64,000 nucleotides of DNA from Amphiscolops sp. MND2022 (taxonomy: Eukaryota). The notes beneath the pieces were generated by a model. That model was not told where the DNA came from, made no database searches, and was given only the letters and a program-made list of their open reading frames with translations. Of the stretch, positions 62,401 through 64,000 are shown one piece after another. The position numbers and the translations under genes are program-made. Numbering within the stretch: the first letter of the stretch is position 1; every line of letters begins with the position of its first letter. The stretch is taken from assembly GCA_964187785.1 (NCBI GenBank), contig OZ076409.1:27220001-27284000 (forward strand), read 5' to 3'.

Positions 62401-64000
62401 GAAGCAACAGGAAATCAATTATATGAAATCCCCAGAACTCACAGTGAGGAACCCTAACTTGCACCCAGTTGATGAAGTTTTCACAGTGTTTTCCGCCATC
62501 AAACGGGAACTTTTCCTCTCTTACGACACAATCAGCCACACAGAAATAATATACAGTCCTGTGCCATTTTACATTAGGCAAGTTTTGGGCTGTGAATCGT
62601 CAAGAGATTCGGTAAGCATATGCTAATTGTCAAAGTAGTTAATAGCATCATTGACAACAAGTCTTTGAAAACACTGTGGAGTGTAATTATTGAACTTCCC
62701 AGGGCATTGAAAATCTTGAACAATTTTTTAATCCAGCGTTGCAACTCCAAGGGCTTTCATAACTTTCAGCAATTTTGTATCTGAAGACTATACATGAAAC
62801 CTTCATCAAGCGTTTGTTTTATAATTGTATTTCATTAGTTTTCTTCCATTGGCAGAAATTCACTATCAACGAGGAGCGGGGATCGCATGGAAACAAAGTG
62901 TTTGATGAAATTCTCGGTAAGAAATGGGATCTCCTTGAAACCAGGCCGGATGCTGAGAAGTTTTTCAATCATGTCCTCTTGGGGGTGCGGTTCAAAGTAA
63001 AAACCAGTCTCGCTTTTGAAGCCCTCAAAATTCAAGTTCAAGGACACAGAGGAAACTACGAGGACTATGAAAACTATCGCGAGTTAATCTCGAAAAACAC
63101 AAAAACCTCCTTGGCAGCTTGATAACTTGTGCATTTTCAATTATTCGTTTCTGTTTTTTGATGTAAATTTTGGTTACTTTGTTATTCGTTAGATCATATT
63201 AACATTTACTTTTACCAATAAATAAATTCGAGGAATTAGATAGCTCTTGATTCGATTTTTGTCGTTGAATTATTTCAACTACTTCTGAGGAAAAATGCTA
63301 AGCTGGTAGAGAGTGAAATTTACAATGAGCAAGAGGAGGCATCGGAATTCTTAAACAATTTTACAGGACAAAGTGTATAACTTGTGATTTAAAAAACTTC
63401 TAATTGTGTATCAAAATTACTTTATTAAAATTACTGTGAATCAGCGAATTGCTGCAAGCGACTGCAAACGCATTTTCGTCAAAACCACAATAACATGCGT
63501 TTTTATTAGGATTACTAAAGATTAGTATAAGAAATCCTATTTGTGTATAATGAATCCTTTTTGTGTATAAGAAATACTGTTTGTCTATATGTTCTCCGCG
63601 GAAATAGTATAACTTATACTTGACACTAGTATAAGAAATCCTTATAATGGGGATATTTATGGATATTTATTAGAAATCCTAATAAGTCGCATTAGGTTTC
63701 CTGATAGTAGGTATATAAAATCCTCCGTTTTCACCAAATATTAAAAATCCTTAAATTTTCGAAAAAGTTAAAACATACAAATAGGTAATAATAATACAAA
63801 AAATAATACATTAGGGGCCAGTGAAAATTCCCTTGTGGAGCATTTAAGGATATTTAATAAACTTTTGAGGCTCGTGAAAGTTGTGTCTTGTAATGCACCC
63901 GGTATCTCTTCGTCGGTATAGAGTTGTAATGCTTCGTCTTCCAGATTTGTCTGTATCGAGATATATCGGCCATTGCGTTCCGATGTATCATATGTTTGTC
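17411..64000 (-). CDS. Multi-exon host gene for a low-complexity S/T/E/K-rich protein of unknown function. Inferred exons: >=64000-63899, 44382-44206, 42196-41961, 29420-29327, 28845-28516, 28163-27939, 27550-27326, 26498-26298, 25896-25838, 20522-20381, 19439-19407, 17803-17681, 17415-
   Basis: Exons delimited by hand from AG acceptors and GT donors; intron phases chain consistently (1,1,0,1,1,1,1,1,0,1,1,1) into one reading frame. Caveats: in-frame TAG at 44248-44246, two GG-like donors, no recognised domain, and exons may be missed. Confidence 0.65.
20650..20804. mobile_element. Small foldback-type MITE
   Basis: Three copies of aataacgtctaa on the left face three copies of ttagacgttattc on the right. 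Confidence 0.65.
22601..22956. mobile_element. MITE with TIRs built of TTTCAACC sub-repeats
   Basis: tatacactttcaacctatgcaatttca... versus ...tgagattgcataagttgaaagtgtata; repeated ttcaacc/ggttgaa motifs in both arms. Confidence 0.75.
23192..25014 (+). mobile_element. Internally deleted hAT DNA transposon with a CGGBP1-like N-terminal zinc finger
   Basis: TIR CAGGGATGAAGG...CCTTCATCCCTG. 8-bp TSD GTTGAATG (25015-25022; GTTGACTG at 23184-23191, exact copy at 23000-23007). Remnant ORF SAKQR..KDGDALFCRICLSYVDHSRQSLCDQHL resembles the CGGBP1/BED finger; C-terminal remnant FFNP...LPNLCELA. Confidence 0.85.
23763..24283 (-). mobile_element. Helentron-like non-autonomous element (HINE-like), copy 1, nested in the hAT
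   Basis: Subterminal inverted repeats AGTCGGCGC/GCGCCGACT, small terminal GC-rich hairpin region, T-rich flanks, no TSD; shares a core with the other three copies. Confidence 0.7.
25170..25670. repeat. Interspersed element with two ~180-bp internal tandem units
   Basis: gaaaagtttttgagaaaa...tttttggtcatttt.gact.gttttggctatg...tttctcagatcc at ~25183 and ~25351. Confidence 0.55.
29709..30243 (-). mobile_element. HINE-like element, copy 2
   Basis: Same ends (ggaacggcccaagtcagcgccacatctaaggctcaaaaatagc ... aagcgccgactaa) and the internal tRNA-like segment. Confidence 0.75.
30788..31235. mobile_element. MITE with ~22-bp TIRs and an 8-bp TSD (Merlin- or Mutator-like)
   Basis: GGACCCTATGTTCAATCCCCCC...GGGGGGATTGAACACATGGTCC, flanked by AGTGGGTC and AGTGGGCC. 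Confidence 0.8.
31259..31550 (+). mobile_element. Possible old LTR fragment with a PBS
   Basis: TGTAA...AAACA followed by tggcgcccg..gagcaaagggac, resembling a tRNA-Lys PBS (TGGCGCCCGAACAGGGAC). No partner LTR seen. Confidence 0.35.
32392..33586. mobile_element. Non-autonomous TIR element with TA target duplication (Tc1/mariner-pogo-like termini)
   Basis: TA|TACCATTTGTATATCAAGTTAAACA ... TGTTTCACTTGGAATACAAACGGTA|TA; subterminal aaattcaagtgaaaca repeats in both arms; contains HINE copy 3. Confidence 0.75.
32737..33090 (-). mobile_element. HINE-like element, copy 3 (internally deleted)
   Basis: acaagccgggaacggcccaagtcggcgccatatctaaggctc ... aagagccgactaaaaaa. Confidence 0.75.
36320..39748 (-). 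CDS. BEL/Pao Gag-like polyprotein (149-aa and 991-aa ORFs separated by a stop/frameshift at ~39296-39301)
   Basis: LPKLKLAEFSGDPLEWPEWSQLF...KMNHLKT..G.AKEAI (DUF1759-type gag) and C-terminal NDLVWIVDE...YKMGKV..V..G.DGRVRSA.VKT..G...RPVVKLAP (DUF5641-type). No YxDD or integrase DDE core. Confidence 0.85.
39784..40023. repeat. Minisatellite of 10 x 24 bp in the LTR element leader
   Basis: Unit CACAATAGCCCAATCTCCCAGAGA. Confidence 0.95.
42829..43484 (+). mobile_element. HINE-like element, copy 4 (different internal region with short tandem units)
   Basis: ttttagtcggcgc ... tttgagccttggatatggcgcggacttgggccggtcccggcttgttt; internal gggtcccccttcaa repeats. Confidence 0.75.
45400..48117 (-). CDS. 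SET-domain lysine methyltransferase (SETD8/PR-Set7-like), 3 exons 48117-47054, 46880-46670, 46335-45400, ~736 aa
   Basis: GRGVMTLKPFKKGDVICDYHG, GRLCNHS and ALRDL...VLFDYGD SET motifs. GT-AG introns (phase 2, phase 0) join the ORFs without stops. The N-terminus is low-complexity with three ~35-aa repeats. Confidence 0.88.
48590..49540 (+). repeat. 37-38 bp satellite array 1
   Basis: About 25 copies of GAGACTAATGTGTGCATCGACTTTCTTAAACAGTA(A/T)T(C/A). Confidence 0.95.
50490..51290. repeat. ~184-bp tandem array (3 full units plus a partial one); diverged inverted copies at ~52895-53240
   Basis: Near-identical spurious ORFs at 50756 and 50940 are 184 bp apart. Motifs cctgcatgtgtgcatgtcaatt and gaacctcccatttca recur; reverse-complement gggaggttctaaat at 53035. 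Confidence 0.9.
51423..55774 (+). CDS. JmjC-domain histone demethylase-like protein (KDM2/KDM7 type). Inferred exons: 51423-52043, 52136-52189, 52264-52317, 52392-52445, 52521-52574, 52645-52749, 53368-53708, 53824-53933, 54100-54428, 54743-55277, 55416-55774
   Basis: YVILSQAGCFADWHVDFSGTSVFYVLLAGEKEF...LIPAGTLHFVST..NSVAVGTNFL contains the HxD...H iron triad and the conserved Lys. N-terminal Cys/His cluster (CGESF..AKTLKQH, CMFCG); Pro-rich linker; phase-consistent GT-AG introns. Start exon unresolved; one apparent 1-nt frameshift near 53582. Confidence 0.85.
55945..57320 (+). repeat. 37-38 bp satellite array 2 with a 339-bp higher-order repeat
   Basis: Same monomer as array 1, about 36 copies. 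Identical spurious ORFs at 56501 and 56840 (339 bp apart, about 9 monomers). Confidence 0.95.
57559..61198 (-). CDS. DDE transposase (CMC/Transib-RAG1-like core) with a C-terminal BRCT domain; exons 61198-60151 and 59468-57559, ~985 aa
   Basis: Ordered motifs DLWGDG, FACFKG|HDSR, LSGDQP, VDTCHG (DxxH), VTPYK and TEAMEHSNH. BRCT-like IFLGLRFTVFGDF...VNKMILECGG.V...FVVDCLNKRTLLDPANY. A phase-1 intron (AAAG|gtttgt...ttgcag|GT) joins both ORFs in frame. The start codon is uncertain. Confidence 0.82.
61568..63122 (+). CDS. Protein with an N-terminal Tudor/chromo-barrel-like domain; exons ~61568-62611 and ~62856-63122
   Basis: VQALDPDTQIWEEAKIEG.....VRVNFTRWGKNKD fits the Royal-family pattern (EAxD..W..AxI...VxVHFxGW...D). 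Donor TCG|gtaagc and acceptor ggcag|AAA are both phase 0. The first exon and a possible middle exon are unresolved. Confidence 0.6.

Larger units (their letters stand above)
44507..63895. mobile_element. Giant (19,389 bp) TIR DNA transposon of the CMC/Transib group carrying chromatin-modifier genes
   Basis: Perfect 21-bp TIRs CATTACAAGACACAACTTTCA (44507-44527; reverse complement 63875-63895). 2-bp TSD CA (44505-44506, 63896-63897). Subterminal (a/t)tcct(t/a)a motif clusters at both ends. Internal DDE transposase. The empty site restores a canonical splice donor. Confidence 0.9.

Overview
This is AT-rich, repeat-dense eukaryotic (apparently invertebrate animal) DNA with spliceosomal introns; the species cannot be identified from the sequence alone. 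The main finding is a 19,389-bp DNA transposon at 44507-63895. It has perfect 21-bp terminal inverted repeats (CATTACAAGACACAACTTTCA, resembling the CACTA terminus CACTACAAG) and a 2-bp target duplication (CA). It sits inside the 5' splice site of an intron of a long minus-strand host gene; removing it restores G|GTGAGA. It carries four intron-containing genes: (1) a CMC/Transib(RAG1)-type DDE transposase fused to a C-terminal BRCT domain, (2) a SETD8-like SET lysine methyltransferase, (3) a KDM2/KDM7-like JmjC demethylase with tandem basic micro-exons, and (4) a Tudor/chromo-barrel-like protein. It also holds two 37-38 bp satellite arrays and a 184-bp array. Together these look like a mobile chromatin writer/eraser/reader kit. 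The rest of the window holds the reconstructed exons of the host gene (two possible GG-AG introns, one in-frame TAG) and probably the last exons of a plus-strand gene. Other mobile elements are a 5'-truncated CR1-group LINE with an intact RT ORF, a second decayed LINE split by a non-autonomous BEL/Pao element, a decayed BEL/Pao element with a chimeric extra LTR, a CGGBP1-like hAT remnant with an inverted triplication at one end, four Helentron-like non-autonomous elements and several MITEs. All domain calls come from recognising motifs by eye; no database searches were run.
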